Source: an uncultured Clostridia bacterium (GTDB taxonomy: Bacteria > Bacillota > Clostridia > TANB77 > CAG-508). From it: a DNA stretch of 64,000 nt. Below the pieces are notes generated by a model. It was not told the origin of the DNA and searched no databases. It saw only the letters and a list, made by a program, of their open reading frames with translations. The translations under genes and the position numbers were made by a program. The stretch covers positions 813 through 64,812 of the forward strand of contig CAUWGA010000005.1 in the NCBI GenBank assembly GCA_963558245.1, given 5' to 3'. Shown here piece by piece: positions 19,314 through 29,382 of the stretch; position 1 is the first letter of the stretch, and every line of letters begins with the position of its first letter.

Positions 19314-19658
19314 TTAGTAATTGTTCTTTTTTTCTTCAAATAATTTTTTAATCTTTTTTAATTTTTTAATTTCTTCTTCTATTTCAGCAGATTTCTTATC
19401 TATAATTGTAATAAAATCTTTTGCATTTGGTTTTTTTACATAATTTTCAATTTCCTTTATACTCATATCTAATTCTTTAAACATACGAATATATTCAAAA
19501 TTCATACTTTGCAAAGCGTCATAATATCGATAGTTGTTTTCTCCTTTATGCTTAGGAGAAAATAAACCTATTTTATCATAATAGTGAAGTGTACGTTTAT
19601 TTACATTATGTAACTTTGCAAATTGAGCTGTTGTTAAATAATTTTTTTCTTTATTCAT
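19314..19658 (-). CDS. MerR-family HTH transcriptional regulator (DNA-binding and coiled-coil part only)
   Basis: YLTTAQFAKLHNVNKRTLHYYDKIGLFSP is a canonical MerR HTH. Confidence 0.8.
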   Translation of the reverse strand: MNKEKNYLTTAQFAKLHNVNKRTLHYYDKIGLFSPKHKGENNYRYYDALQSMNFEYIRMFKELDMSIKEIENYVKKPNAKDFITIIDKKSAEIEEEIKKLKKIKKLFEEKKNNY

Positions 19659-19677
19659 ATTCTTCCTCTATTAATTT

Positions 19678-20262
19678 TTATTCTTTTAACTTATAATTAC
19701 ACGATAAGCTGTTCTCCAAATCTCTTTTTATCTGTTTACTATATCTATCTTCCTCACTAAAAATACAACCACAGTATTTTTGCATATAAAGACCTAATTC
19801 TCTAGCTTTTGCTTGTCCTTCTCTAAATCCAACTCTGAAGTCTCTGTATAAGAATTCAACTCCATATTTTTCAGCCATTTTGTTGCCTACTTCAATTAGT
19901 TTTTCGTGATTTTGGTATGGGCTAACTAATAATGTTGTTGTAAATGCATCATATCCGTTTTCTTTTGCATATTTAGCAGTTTGTTCTAATCTAACTGGAT
20001 AGCAATAAAAACTACATCTATTTTGTAAATCTTCAACTACGTTTTTACAAAATTTATCTAATCCATAATCTTCTTCAAATATTGCTTCTACTTCTATGCT
20101 TTTAGTGTATTCTTTTAAACAATCTCTTCTTGATTTATATTCCATGTATGGATGAATATTTGGATTATACCAATATATGGTTGGTTCTATTTCTTCTTGT
20201 CTTAAGCTATCTATACAGTACACACTACATGGTGCACAACAAGTATGTAATAATAATTTCAT
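19678..20262 (-). CDS. queH: Epoxyqueuosine reductase QueH (DUF208)
   Basis: N-terminal LLHTCCAPCS and C-terminal CGC cysteine motifs typical of QueH. Confidence 0.8.
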   Translation of the reverse strand: MKLLLHTCCAPCSVYCIDSLRQEEIEPTIYWYNPNIHPYMEYKSRRDCLKEYTKSIEVEAIFEEDYGLDKFCKNVVEDLQNRCSFYCYPVRLEQTAKYAKENGYDAFTTTLLVSPYQNHEKLIEVGNKMAEKYGVEFLYRDFRVGFREGQAKARELGLYMQKYCGCIFSEEDRYSKQIKRDLENSLSCNYKLKE

Positions 20263-20379
20263 TTCGTTTTTTCTCTCCTCTACATATAAAACTTGATTAT
20301 AAAAATTATGTTTTTTAACATTTTTATTATTAGAAAAATTTATTCACATTTTTTTATAAATTTATATATTTTATACATT

Positions 20380-21816
20380 TTATATTTTTTTATTTATTAC
20401 TTTTTTATTATTATTTCTGATAACACACAACAATGTTCCTACTACAAATATAAAGAAAAATGGTACTCCATATCTATAATTTTCTGAATATATTAGAAAT
20501 ACAATGTTAGCTATAAGTGTCATAATTTGCATTTGTGTTATAAGTTTTATATCTTTTGATTTTTGCCACATTATTATTGGGCATAGCCACATTAAATACC
20601 ATGGTTGAAATGCTGTAATTAGTACAAATATAAATACCAACAACATCCAATAAAAACTTTGCATCTCTTTTCTAAATGATATTTTTGGCTTTGCCAATAG
20701 CATTATGCATTTAAAGAAATATACTATTATAAATATTCCTAATGCCAAGCTACTTATCTTGCCTACAAGGTTTGCAGGTTCTGTAAAGTATTCTGCAATT
20801 AACACATATATTCCTTTAGTTACTTTTCCCTGCTGATCTGCCATTCCTTTAAATACTTGTAAATCTTGCATATATAATAAATATGGTATTATTAAAAATG
20901 CAACAAATAATAATCCATATTTTATGCAGTTTATAAATCTTGTTTGTGGTTTTTCTTTTCTAAAATAGTAAATTATCATTATTGGCAATAATAAAATTGC
21001 AAAATATTTAATTGCTGTTGCAAATGATAAAAATAAAGTTGTAACAAACAAGTTCTTTTTTCTGATTAAAAAATATGTTGCAATTAATATAAATGCAATT
21101 ACAAATATATCATTATGGACATTAGATATTGCTTCAATTAACACAAATGGATTTAGACCATATATAATTGAGAATATTTTTTTATGTGATATCTTATATA
21201 TCATGTAACAATTAAATATATGCACGACTAGATTTAATACTTTAAACAAAAATACTCCTATATCTACACTTCCAAATGATAATCCTGCAATAATTCTACA
21301 AACTAAAGTCCATATTGCACCATAAACAACTGTTGTTTCTGACCAATAATTGTTATATCCTTTTTGAAGTGCAGTATCTTTTTTCATATCCACATTATTG
21401 TTATCTACATAATCTTTTACACTTATATAATACGGATTTTGGTCATATTCGCTTTGTATTCTTCCTATTCCTAAATAATAAAATACATCTGAGCTTTCAA
21501 ATGATATTACTACCATAAAAAATACACTTACTATTAGTACAATCAATAAAATTTGTTTTATATTAGTAAATACTTTTTTTCTATTTTTAATTATCAAATA
21601 ATATAAAATGCAAAATAATCCTATTATAAGTAAATAAATTCCAGTTTGAAATACTCTATCTGAATTATTTAACAAAAAACAATATTCGTTTGTAAAATTA
21701 AGGACGGTTTTATTTTGCAATAAATATATTATTGATGGAATTGCAAATAAAAAAGAACATAATACTATACTTATTTTTAAAATATTTTTATTGTTTATTT
21801 TCTTTAGAGTTTCCAT
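20380..21816 (-). CDS. Polytopic GT-C-like membrane glycosyltransferase (DUF2029/GT87-like)
   Basis: 478 aa with >10 TM segments and a loop motif SSDVFYYLGIGRIQSEYDQNPYY resembling mannosyltransferase-like GT-C proteins. Confidence 0.55.
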   Translation of the reverse strand: METLKKINNKNILKISIVLCSFLFAIPSIIYLLQNKTVLNFTNEYCFLLNNSDRVFQTGIYLLIIGLFCILYYLIIKNRKKVFTNIKQILLIVLIVSVFFMVVISFESSDVFYYLGIGRIQSEYDQNPYYISVKDYVDNNNVDMKKDTALQKGYNNYWSETTVVYGAIWTLVCRIIAGLSFGSVDIGVFLFKVLNLVVHIFNCYMIYKISHKKIFSIIYGLNPFVLIEAISNVHNDIFVIAFILIATYFLIRKKNLFVTTLFLSFATAIKYFAILLLPIMIIYYFRKEKPQTRFINCIKYGLLFVAFLIIPYLLYMQDLQVFKGMADQQGKVTKGIYVLIAEYFTEPANLVGKISSLALGIFIIVYFFKCIMLLAKPKISFRKEMQSFYWMLLVFIFVLITAFQPWYLMWLCPIIMWQKSKDIKLITQMQIMTLIANIVFLIYSENYRYGVPFFFIFVVGTLLCVIRNNNKKVINKKI

Positions 21817-21892
21817 TATTTTCTCCTAACCTAAATACTCATAAGCATATAACTACATACTGCTAACAAAAATATAATAGGCTAATTATTTC

Positions 21893-22897
21893 TTAGCCTA
21901 AATACTCATAGCCTAAATGTTTATATGCTGGTGGCAATACTATTCTTCCTCTTAGTGTTCTTGCTATAAATCCAATTTGTATTAAATATGGTTCATATAC
22001 ATCTTCTATTGTATCTATTTCTTCTCCTACAGTTGCTGACAAAGCTTCTATTCCAACTGGCCTTCCTTGATATTGGACTATCATTGTTTCTAATATTCTT
22101 CTATCTATGTCGTCTAATCCTAATTCGTCTATTTCTAATTGGTTAAGTGCATGTTTTGCTATTTTTAAATCTATTTCGCCATTACCTAAAACAATAGCAT
22201 AATCTCTTACTCTTTTTAGTAATCTATTAGCTATTCTAGGTGTTCCTCTTGACCTTCTTGCTATTTCTCTTGCTGATTCTTCTTCTATTTTTATATCTAA
22301 TATCTTACTTGACCTTTTTATAATTTTAGATAAGTCATCTTCTGAATACAATTCTAGTCTATGTATTATTCCAAATCTGTCTCGTAATGGTGTCGTTAAT
22401 GAACCTGCTTTAGTTGTTGCTCCTATTAAAGTAAATTTGGGTAAATCTAATCTAATTGACCTACTACTTGGTCCTTTTCCTATCATTATATCTAAAGTAA
22501 AATCTTCCAATGCAGGATATAATATTTCTTCAACACTTTTACTTAATCTGTGAATTTCGTCTATAAATAAAACATCATATTCTGATAAATTTGTAAGTAA
22601 AGCTGCCAAATCTCCTGGCTTTTCTATCGCTGGTCCTGATGTAATTTTAATATTTGAGTGCATTTCATTTGCTATTATATTTGCAATAGTTGTTTTTCCT
22701 AATCCTGGTGGTCCGTAAAATAAGCAATGATCTAATGGTTCTTCTCTTTTTTTAGCAGATTTTATATATATTTTCATATTTTCTTTTACTTTATTTTGCC
22801 CAATATATTCATCTAAATTATGTGGTCTAAGTGATTTTTCCAGTCTTTCTTCTGTTATTCCTTCTACACTCGGGTTCATAATTCTTTCTTCATCCAT
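21893..22897 (-). CDS. ruvB: Holliday junction branch migration helicase RuvB
   Basis: Walker [10 protein letters not shown], Walker B LFIDEIHR, and [16 protein letters not shown]. Confidence 0.95.
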   Translation of the reverse strand: MDEERIMNPSVEGITEERLEKSLRPHNLDEYIGQNKVKENMKIYIKSAKKREEPLDHCLFYGPPGLGKTTIANIIANEMHSNIKITSGPAIEKPGDLAALLTNLSEYDVLFIDEIHRLSKSVEEILYPALEDFTLDIMIGKGPSSRSIRLDLPKFTLIGATTKAGSLTTPLRDRFGIIHRLELYSEDDLSKIIKRSSKILDIKIEEESAREIARRSRGTPRIANRLLKRVRDYAIVLGNGEIDLKIAKHALNQLEIDELGLDDIDRRILETMIVQYQGRPVGIEALSATVGEEIDTIEDVYEPYLIQIGFIARTLRGRIVLPPAYKHLGYEYLG

Positions 22898-23041
22898 TTT
22901 ATAAAAACCTTTCGTAAATTTATTTTTATTATAATTATTTATAAGTAAATTATAAGTAATTTATACTTTACATTTATAATCTCTTTTATAATTTTTTCGT
23001 CCCTTAAATTATGCATATACTTTTACTAAAACTATAGTTTT

Positions 23042-23530
23042 TTATAAATTATCTATGAATTTTTCTATAATTTTTATTATTTTGTTTTCTTCATGATTTT
23101 TTATTTCATATTTTTCTGGCACAAAATTTTTTGCTTTTAGTATTGCTTGTTCTAATTCGTCTACTTCATTTATACCAATAATATAGTTTTTTATGCTAAA
23201 ATTTTCTATTATTTGAGTTTGATGGTCATTTACATGTTCATGATATTTATGAAGTCGTGGCACAGCAATAACTTTCTTACCTTTTTTTATTGAACTTATA
23301 ATTGAGCCAACTCCTCCATGTGTTATTATCAAATCTGCTTGTTCTTGATATCTTTCTAATTCTTCTTGTGGTATTAACCCAAATATTCTCATATTTTTCG
23401 ACTCATATTTTGTATATCCAGCTTGTACCACAATTTTTTCATCTATGACTTTTTTTTCTACTAGTTCATCTAATTTTTCTAATAATCGATGAAAACTATT
23501 ATTTTGTGTTCCTAATAATACTAATATCAT
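23042..23530 (-). CDS. Alg13-like (PssE/Cps14G-type) glycosyltransferase C-terminal subunit
   Basis: MILVLLGTQNNSFHRLL...ITHGGVGSI. Start refined to the ATG at 23530, which overlaps the upstream stop as ATGA. Confidence 0.7.
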   Translation of the reverse strand: MILVLLGTQNNSFHRLLEKLDELVEKKVIDEKIVVQAGYTKYESKNMRIFGLIPQEELERYQEQADLIITHGGVGSIISSIKKGKKVIAVPRLHKYHEHVNDHQTQIIENFSIKNYIIGINEVDELEQAILKAKNFVPEKYEIKNHEENKIIKIIEKFIDNL

Positions 23531-24009
23531 TGATAAATTGAACCTCCATAAACAGCTTTTGGATATAATTTTAACATTTCTTCCCACTGCACTATAAATA
23601 AATCTGCAATTGGATATATTAATCTTCCTGTTGCTGTTTTTTTATTTCTATTTGCAAATGTTTCTATATAAATTATTTTACTACCAAATATTTTACCTAA
23701 AATACATATTGGACCTGCTGTATGAGTTCCTGTTGTTATTATAACTTTAGGTCTTATTTTAAAATAGTAATATACTGATTTAAAACATAGGACAGTATAT
23801 TTAAAAATATATTGAAATAATTTACTTCTCGTTCCATATGGCAAAAAAGATATTTTTTCTCCATATTTATTTTTTAAAGACTCATTTGACTCATCTTTTT
23901 CTGTTATTATATGATAATCATATTTCTTAAATAGAGGTTCAAGTTGCAACAATTCGCTTAAATGACCTCCTGTACTTGATATAAATAATACTTTTTTCAT
24001 TTTTAACAC
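23527..24009 (-). CDS. Alg14-like (PssD/Cps14F-type) glycosyltransferase membrane-associated subunit
   Basis: KVLFISSTGGHLSELLQL motif. Translationally coupled to the Alg13-like gene. Confidence 0.7.
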   Translation of the reverse strand: MLKMKKVLFISSTGGHLSELLQLEPLFKKYDYHIITEKDESNESLKNKYGEKISFLPYGTRSKLFQYIFKYTVLCFKSVYYYFKIRPKVIITTGTHTAGPICILGKIFGSKIIYIETFANRNKKTATGRLIYPIADLFIVQWEEMLKLYPKAVYGGSIYQ

Positions 24010-24018
24010 CTTATCTTT

Positions 24019-24052
24019 ATGTCCATTTTAGAAACGTCCCCAATTGGACATC
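24019..24052 (-). repeat. REP-like 33-bp palindrome-ended repeat, copy 1 (ATGTCCAATTGGGGACGTTTCTAAAATGGACAT on the minus strand)
   Basis: Differs by one base from the copy at 53780-53812. Confidence 0.7.
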
Positions 24053-24111
24053 TTATCAATATTATATGGTTATTATATCGTTTTTTTTACTTAATGTCTA
24101 GCAATCATAGT

Positions 24112-24151
24112 AAAAAATCAGCAAGTAGTTTAAACTACTTGCTGATTTTTT
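24112..24151. terminator. Bidirectional terminator hairpin
   Basis: AAAAAATCAGCAAGTAGTTTAAACTACTTGCTGATTTTTT. Confidence 0.6.
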
Positions 24152-24155
24152 AAAA

Positions 24156-24590
24156 TTACTGAAATTGGAATGTCTTAAAGATTTCATTCGTTCTCTTAAT
24201 CCACTCCAAAGGATCAACATGATTTTTTTCGCATACAGTTAGCTTCGGCAACATATATCCATATAAATATTTAGAATTTTCGTCATAGCTATAATCTAGA
24301 GGAAAATCTAGGTTCTTCATTTTTACTGGATATTTTCTTCCAAATATTTTAGCTATAACAATAGATTTTCCTTGAATGATTTCAATTTCAATTTCTAAGG
24401 CCTGCTTGATTTCTGCATGTTTAACTGTTTTTTCTATTCCATTTATTTTTTCTAAAAATGTAATATTTACAGGAATATCTTTTCTTTTTTCTTCTTTGCT
24501 TAAAACAAAACTCACTGCCTTATCTTCCCGTATTGCTTTGTAAATAATTTCTTCTGCTCTTGTCATGTTATCTTCCTTTCTGTTATGCAT
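24156..24590 (-). CDS. Hypothetical protein (144 aa)
   Basis: An ORF with normal composition. I recognise no family. Confidence 0.45.
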   Translation of the reverse strand: MHNRKEDNMTRAEEIIYKAIREDKAVSFVLSKEEKRKDIPVNITFLEKINGIEKTVKHAEIKQALEIEIEIIQGKSIVIAKIFGRKYPVKMKNLDFPLDYSYDENSKYLYGYMLPKLTVCEKNHVDPLEWIKRTNEIFKTFQFQ

Positions 24591-24796
24591 TTGCTCTTGG
24601 CAATACTTAAGTTACATATTTATTATAACATATATTGTAATTTTTTTCAAATTTATGTGAAGTACATTTTCATATATACTATTATCATATGTATATTACT
24701 ATTTTTTTCATCTTTACATATACCTATATAATCTATAATTTTAAAAAATAAAAACCAAAAAAGATTTTCATTTTTTCTTTTTTGATTTTTATTTTT

Positions 24797-25678
24797 TTAT
24801 GCTCTTGGATGAGCTTTTTTATATATATCTTTTAATCCTTCATCTTGGAATTGCATATATACTTGTGTTGAGGATATGTCTGAATGTCCAAGCATTGTTT
24901 GAATAGCTTTTAAGTCTGCTCCATTTTGTAAAAGATGTGTTGCAAATGAATGTCTTAAAACATGAGGTGTAATATCTTTTGTGATGTGAGCTTGCTCTTT
25001 ATAATATTTAATTATTTTCCAAAATCCTTGTCTTGTTAGTCTTTTTCCATTTATGTTTACAAATAAAGCTTTTTCTTCGTCGTCTTTTATTAGAATATCT
25101 CTTGCATCATCAATATATTCTTTTAATGCTGTTAATGCCATTTTGCCTAATGGTATCGTTCTTGGTCTACTTCCTGTATTACATGTAACATACCCTTCAT
25201 CCATATTTACATCATCTATATTTAAAGATATAATTTCAGTTACTCTCATACCTGTAGCATATGCAAACTCTAACATTGCTTTATCACGTGTTCCTTTTAA
25301 GTCTATATCTTTTGGTTGTTCTAATAATAATTCAACCTCTTTTGATGTTAATACACTAGGTACTCTTTTTTCTATTTTAGGAGCTTGAATATTAGCTGTT
25401 GGGTCAATTTTTATTTTCTTTCTTTTTAGCACAAATTGGTAAAAAGATCTAATTGATGCTATACATCTAGATATACTAGATGGTTTTTTTCCATTTTCTT
25501 GTAATTCTTTAATATAGTCTTTGATATCTTCTTCTTTAACTCTATTGTAGTGAACTTCACATGCTTCTATATATCTTTTGAATTGTTTTAAATCTCTTTT
25601 GTATGATTGTAATGTATTTTCTGATAATTTCTTTTCATTTTCTAGAAATTCAAAAAAGAATTTTAATTGTCTATCCAT
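24797..25678 (-). CDS. xerD: Site-specific tyrosine recombinase XerD/XerC family
   Basis: NTLQSYKRDLKQF N-domain. Catalytic GMRVTEIISL, HVLRHSFATHLL and LGHSDISSTQVY motifs. Adjacent to spoIIM, as ripX/xerD is in Bacillus. Confidence 0.85.
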   Translation of the reverse strand: MDRQLKFFFEFLENEKKLSENTLQSYKRDLKQFKRYIEACEVHYNRVKEEDIKDYIKELQENGKKPSSISRCIASIRSFYQFVLKRKKIKIDPTANIQAPKIEKRVPSVLTSKEVELLLEQPKDIDLKGTRDKAMLEFAYATGMRVTEIISLNIDDVNMDEGYVTCNTGSRPRTIPLGKMALTALKEYIDDARDILIKDDEEKALFVNINGKRLTRQGFWKIIKYYKEQAHITKDITPHVLRHSFATHLLQNGADLKAIQTMLGHSDISSTQVYMQFQDEGLKDIYKKAHPRA

Positions 25679-25781
25679 TGTTTCTCTACCCCTATCCCTA
25701 TATTAAAAATAATCTATTTACATAAACTATATATGTTATATCAAACAATTACAAAAATGTAAATACATTTTTACTATTTTC

Positions 25782-26417
25782 TTAAAAATATTTTATAACC
25801 AGTTTTAAAATATTAGTTGAAATTAATATTTCTATTAATGAAGATATTAGCATTATAAATAACATAATTATTGAAAATATAGTATGTCTTAATATTTCTA
25901 GTTTTATGTTTTCTCTTCTTTTATCTTTAACTATAGATTTGTAAAGTTTAAATCCACTAACAGCCAATGCTATTATTGCTGGAATTAATAAAATACTGGG
26001 TAACAATAAATTCACTAAGGAGAACATTAGTCCTTTATTTATTCCTAAAATTGTAACACAAACCGAAATTGTATATCCAAAGCAAAATCCTCTATATAAA
26101 ACTATACCAAATACTATTGGTATTCCTATAACTGTTGTTCCGAAAAACCATATAGTTATAGCTAAAAACAAGTTTTGATATATACTTGTTTTTAACAAAC
26201 TTATTGTATCTAACTTTTCAGTATCCTTCATTTTTTCTATAAAATGATTTAAGTATTCTGATATTTCACTTCTTTGATTTTCTTGTATATTGTTTACAAA
26301 AAATACTCCTAAAAATATTCCAACTATTAATATTGATGTAACAATTATATATTCTTTTTTGTTGTTTATTATATGCTGTTTTATAATTTCTTTTATCTTA
26401 TAACTTGTATCTCTCAT
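25782..26417 (-). CDS. spoIIM: Stage II sporulation protein M
   Basis: 211 aa with 5 TM segments, typical SpoIIM topology, and conserved xerD neighbourhood. Confidence 0.75.
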   Translation of the reverse strand: MRDTSYKIKEIIKQHIINNKKEYIIVTSILIVGIFLGVFFVNNIQENQRSEISEYLNHFIEKMKDTEKLDTISLLKTSIYQNLFLAITIWFFGTTVIGIPIVFGIVLYRGFCFGYTISVCVTILGINKGLMFSLVNLLLPSILLIPAIIALAVSGFKLYKSIVKDKRRENIKLEILRHTIFSIIMLFIMLISSLIEILISTNILKLVIKYF

Positions 26418-26492
26418 AAAAAAATCTCCTTATCGTTTATACATAATGTGTATTCAATAAAGAAATTTTTAGAACTTTTATATTATAAAAAT

Positions 26493-26534
26493 AAACCTCT
26501 TTATCATTTCTTACTTTTATGATAACGAGGTTTT
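26493..26534 (-). terminator. Intrinsic terminator after the EndoQ-like gene
   Basis: AAACCTCGTTATCAT...ATGATAAAGAGGTTT followed by a T-rich run on the minus strand. Confidence 0.5.
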
Positions 26535-26552
26535 ATTTTTGTATATTTACTT

Positions 26553-27752
26553 TTATTTTTTGCTTACAGTTATTTTTCCATAGTTTCCGCCACCACCAGA
26601 TTGAACTTTACAGTTTCCTCTAATCGCATTTTCTATGTTATTTGCAACTTTTTCTCCAACTACAGTTTCAATATCATCTTTTGAAAGTTTATGTAATATA
26701 TTCATTTCTGTTTCAAATGTATCTAATAATTTTTGTATAGTTTTCCCACCTACACCTGGAATAAATCCTAATGGTATTTGATATATATATGGTGGCCTAT
26801 TCTCTGGACTATTTGTACTTTCTTTGTCTTTTATTAATTCTATTCTATCAAAAACCCCAAATGTTACATTTTTTCCACCACACATTGGACAAGTCTCTAC
26901 TGGCTCTCTTGTTTCTATTGATTTCTCACAGTCATCACAATATGTTCTATGATATTTCCCAAGTTTTGGGTCAAGACCATAGTTTGCAATTATTTTTCTA
27001 CCTTCTTCATTTTTTAATGCTTTTACTATTTCTTTAAATGATATATCTTCTACCTGCATTTTATTATATTCTCTTGCTATTTTAGGCAATGAATGTGCAT
27101 CTGAATTAGTTAAAAATGTTCTTGTTTCTAATTCTGATATTTCATCTGCTAAAAATGTATCTGAACTTAATCCTAGTTCTACTGCAAATATTTTATTAAA
27201 TTTTTCTTTAAATACATATTCTAGTCTATCTGTACAATTTCCATAGTAACTCTTATGTGGTGTAAAAATATGTGCTGGAACTAATATTCCATTATATTTT
27301 TCTACTATATCTATTAAATCATATCCTGACAAATCTGTTCTTTGTGTACTTAATGTAATATTTTTTAAGTGTTCACTAAGTTCACTAGAAAATGCTTTTA
27401 TATCACTTAAATGTGGAAAATAGCATAAATTATGTGCACTTCCTGATTTTCCATTTCTTCCTTTTTCTGAAGTTTCTACTTCACTTCCTAAAATTATACA
27501 TACTTTATCTTTATATATAATTCCTCCATCTTCTAGTTCATATGCTTCTCCTGATTTTAAAAAGTTTTCTATATCTTCAATAACATATGGAGACGCACAA
27601 TCTATTATTCCTACAACATTTATTCCTTTTCTATCTGCACATTCTTTTGCAATATTTGCAAAGTTTAATGACCTTGCAGCTGTTATTTTTATTGGTTTTC
27701 CATTTTCACTTCTTCCTATGTGCACATGTAAATCAGCAAATATCTCGTACAT
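26553..27752 (-). CDS. Endonuclease Q-like PHP-domain protein (TIGR00375 family)
   Basis: N-terminus FADLHVHIGRSENGKPIKITAARSLNF, a PHP-type His cluster, a CxxC...CxxC zinc ribbon (CDDCEKS...CPMCGG), and a C-terminal HhH-like region. Confidence 0.7.
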   Translation of the reverse strand: MYEIFADLHVHIGRSENGKPIKITAARSLNFANIAKECADRKGINVVGIIDCASPYVIEDIENFLKSGEAYELEDGGIIYKDKVCIILGSEVETSEKGRNGKSGSAHNLCYFPHLSDIKAFSSELSEHLKNITLSTQRTDLSGYDLIDIVEKYNGILVPAHIFTPHKSYYGNCTDRLEYVFKEKFNKIFAVELGLSSDTFLADEISELETRTFLTNSDAHSLPKIAREYNKMQVEDISFKEIVKALKNEEGRKIIANYGLDPKLGKYHRTYCDDCEKSIETREPVETCPMCGGKNVTFGVFDRIELIKDKESTNSPENRPPYIYQIPLGFIPGVGGKTIQKLLDTFETEMNILHKLSKDDIETVVGEKVANNIENAIRGNCKVQSGGGGNYGKITVSKK

Positions 27753-27755
27753 TTT

Positions 27756-28550
27756 TTACTCCTCTAATTTCATTGTTTCTTCATTTATTTGTTCCATTAT
27801 TTTTTTAGCTGTTTTTGCACTAAATAATGGTCTATTTGGATTGTCTAAATTTTCAAACATATCTTTTGATAGTTCATTCATTTCTTTTTCTATCAATCTA
27901 TCTATTTTAGGTTCATAATTGTACATTACTTCTTTTATAAAAGATACCATATCTTTAGATTCATTATGTATTTTCACTAATCTTTTTAGTGCTGGCATAT
28001 TTGTTAATTCACTCATATTTATTTTTTCAATAAAATTAACAAAATCCATAAATGTATCTAAATATCTATTATATTCATCTTTTAAATTTCTATGTTCTAA
28101 TAAAACTAATGCTTCATCTGGTTTAAATCCTATTCTTTCTGGTCTATCTAGAAGCATACCTCCAAATTGATCTACAAGCTCTAAAATATCACTTTCTCTC
28201 TCTCTTGGATTACTGTTGCTATATCTATTTACTTCTTCACATATTTTACAAAACCTTTTTCCAAATCCAATATTTCCTAAATATTCTGAGCCTTTTTTAG
28301 CATATGTATGAACACTTTCAATATCTTGTGCATTATCTATCTTTTTCACATTACATAGCAAACAAGCTGTTAGAACTACATTTCTATCAACTTCTATTTT
28401 CGAATAATTTAAAAATAATCTAGCAATTTCTGTTTTAAAAATTACTGACTTATCGAAAAATATCTTTTTCTTTTTTGACAAATAATAAACTATTTCCATT
28501 TTTGCAGCCAAATCTTGTTCTTCTAAGATATAATCAGCAAAAGTGTTCAT
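27756..28550 (-). CDS. Hypothetical protein, possibly a degenerate HD-domain fold
   Basis: Start refined to the ATG at 28550 after SD AGGAGG. The stop is 3 nt before the EndoQ-like start. The family assignment is weak. Confidence 0.45.
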   Translation of the reverse strand: MNTFADYILEEQDLAAKMEIVYYLSKKKKIFFDKSVIFKTEIARLFLNYSKIEVDRNVVLTACLLCNVKKIDNAQDIESVHTYAKKGSEYLGNIGFGKRFCKICEEVNRYSNSNPRERESDILELVDQFGGMLLDRPERIGFKPDEALVLLEHRNLKDEYNRYLDTFMDFVNFIEKINMSELTNMPALKRLVKIHNESKDMVSFIKEVMYNYEPKIDRLIEKEMNELSKDMFENLDNPNRPLFSAKTAKKIMEQINEETMKLEE

Positions 28551-28724
28551 TTGTATTCCTCCTAAAATCTTCTTAAAATTTATAATGTTCAATTTTATTA
28601 TACTTAAAATCGACAAATAATTCAATAATTTTACATTATGTAATTAAAATGTAATATTAGCTATTATTTATCTAATATTATATAAAATAGAAAAAAAAGA
28701 TTTTTTATTTAGAGATTTTTTCAC

Positions 28725-28790
28725 GAATTGTGGGGACCGTTTTAGAAAATGTTTGAATGAAATGAAAATTCATTTTCTTAAATGGGGATA
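28725..28790 (+). repeat. Degenerate copy or copies of the GGGGAC REP-like repeat
   Basis: GAATTGTGGGGACCGTTTTAGAAAATG... and ...TTTTCTTAAATGGGGATAG resemble the two halves of the 33-bp unit. Confidence 0.35.
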
Positions 28791-28859
28791 GTAAAAAAAT
28801 ATATAAATACAAAATCTTTTCTTACAAACTATAATGATTCAGTTAACTATTAACTAATA

Positions 28860-29288
28860 TTAAGGAATTGCATTACGTGCAAGTTCATCACATCTATTGT
28901 TTAATTCATTATCACTATGTCCTTTAACCTTATTAAAAGTCACTTTATGTGTTTTAGTTAATTGATATAATTCTTGCCATATTTCTTTGTTTTTTACTGG
29001 TTCTTTTGATGCAGTTTTCCAATTATTTTTTATCCATCCATAAATCCATCCTTGTGCAAAACTATTTACTATATATGCACTATCACTATATATTTCAACC
29101 TCACATGGATGTTTTAATAATTTTAGAGCTTCTACTACTGCTGTTAATTCCATTATATTATTAGTTGTATCTTTTTTTCCTCCCGAAATCTCTTTTTTAT
29201 TGTCTTTATATATTAGAACTGCTCCCCAACCTCCTGGTCCAGGATTTCCAGAACATGCTCCATCAGTATATATTACAACCTTATCCAT
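28860..29288 (-). CDS. rnhA: Ribonuclease HI
   Basis: [25 protein letters not shown] and SDS motifs. Confidence 0.9.
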   Translation of the reverse strand: MDKVVIYTDGACSGNPGPGGWGAVLIYKDNKKEISGGKKDTTNNIMELTAVVEALKLLKHPCEVEIYSDSAYIVNSFAQGWIYGWIKNNWKTASKEPVKNKEIWQELYQLTKTHKVTFNKVKGHSDNELNNRCDELARNAIP

Positions 29289-29382
29289 TTTATATACCTC
29301 CCATATACTATTTTAATTGTGTTTTTTTATAATTTATGGTAATATTATAGCAGTAAAAATAAAATTGTACAAGGAGGTCTCT

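Noticed and set aside
23531-23587. N-terminal extension of the Alg13-like ORF
   Set aside because: The conserved N-terminus (MILVLLGT...) begins at the ATG that overlaps the Alg14-like stop (ATGA coupling). The extension lies inside the upstream gene.
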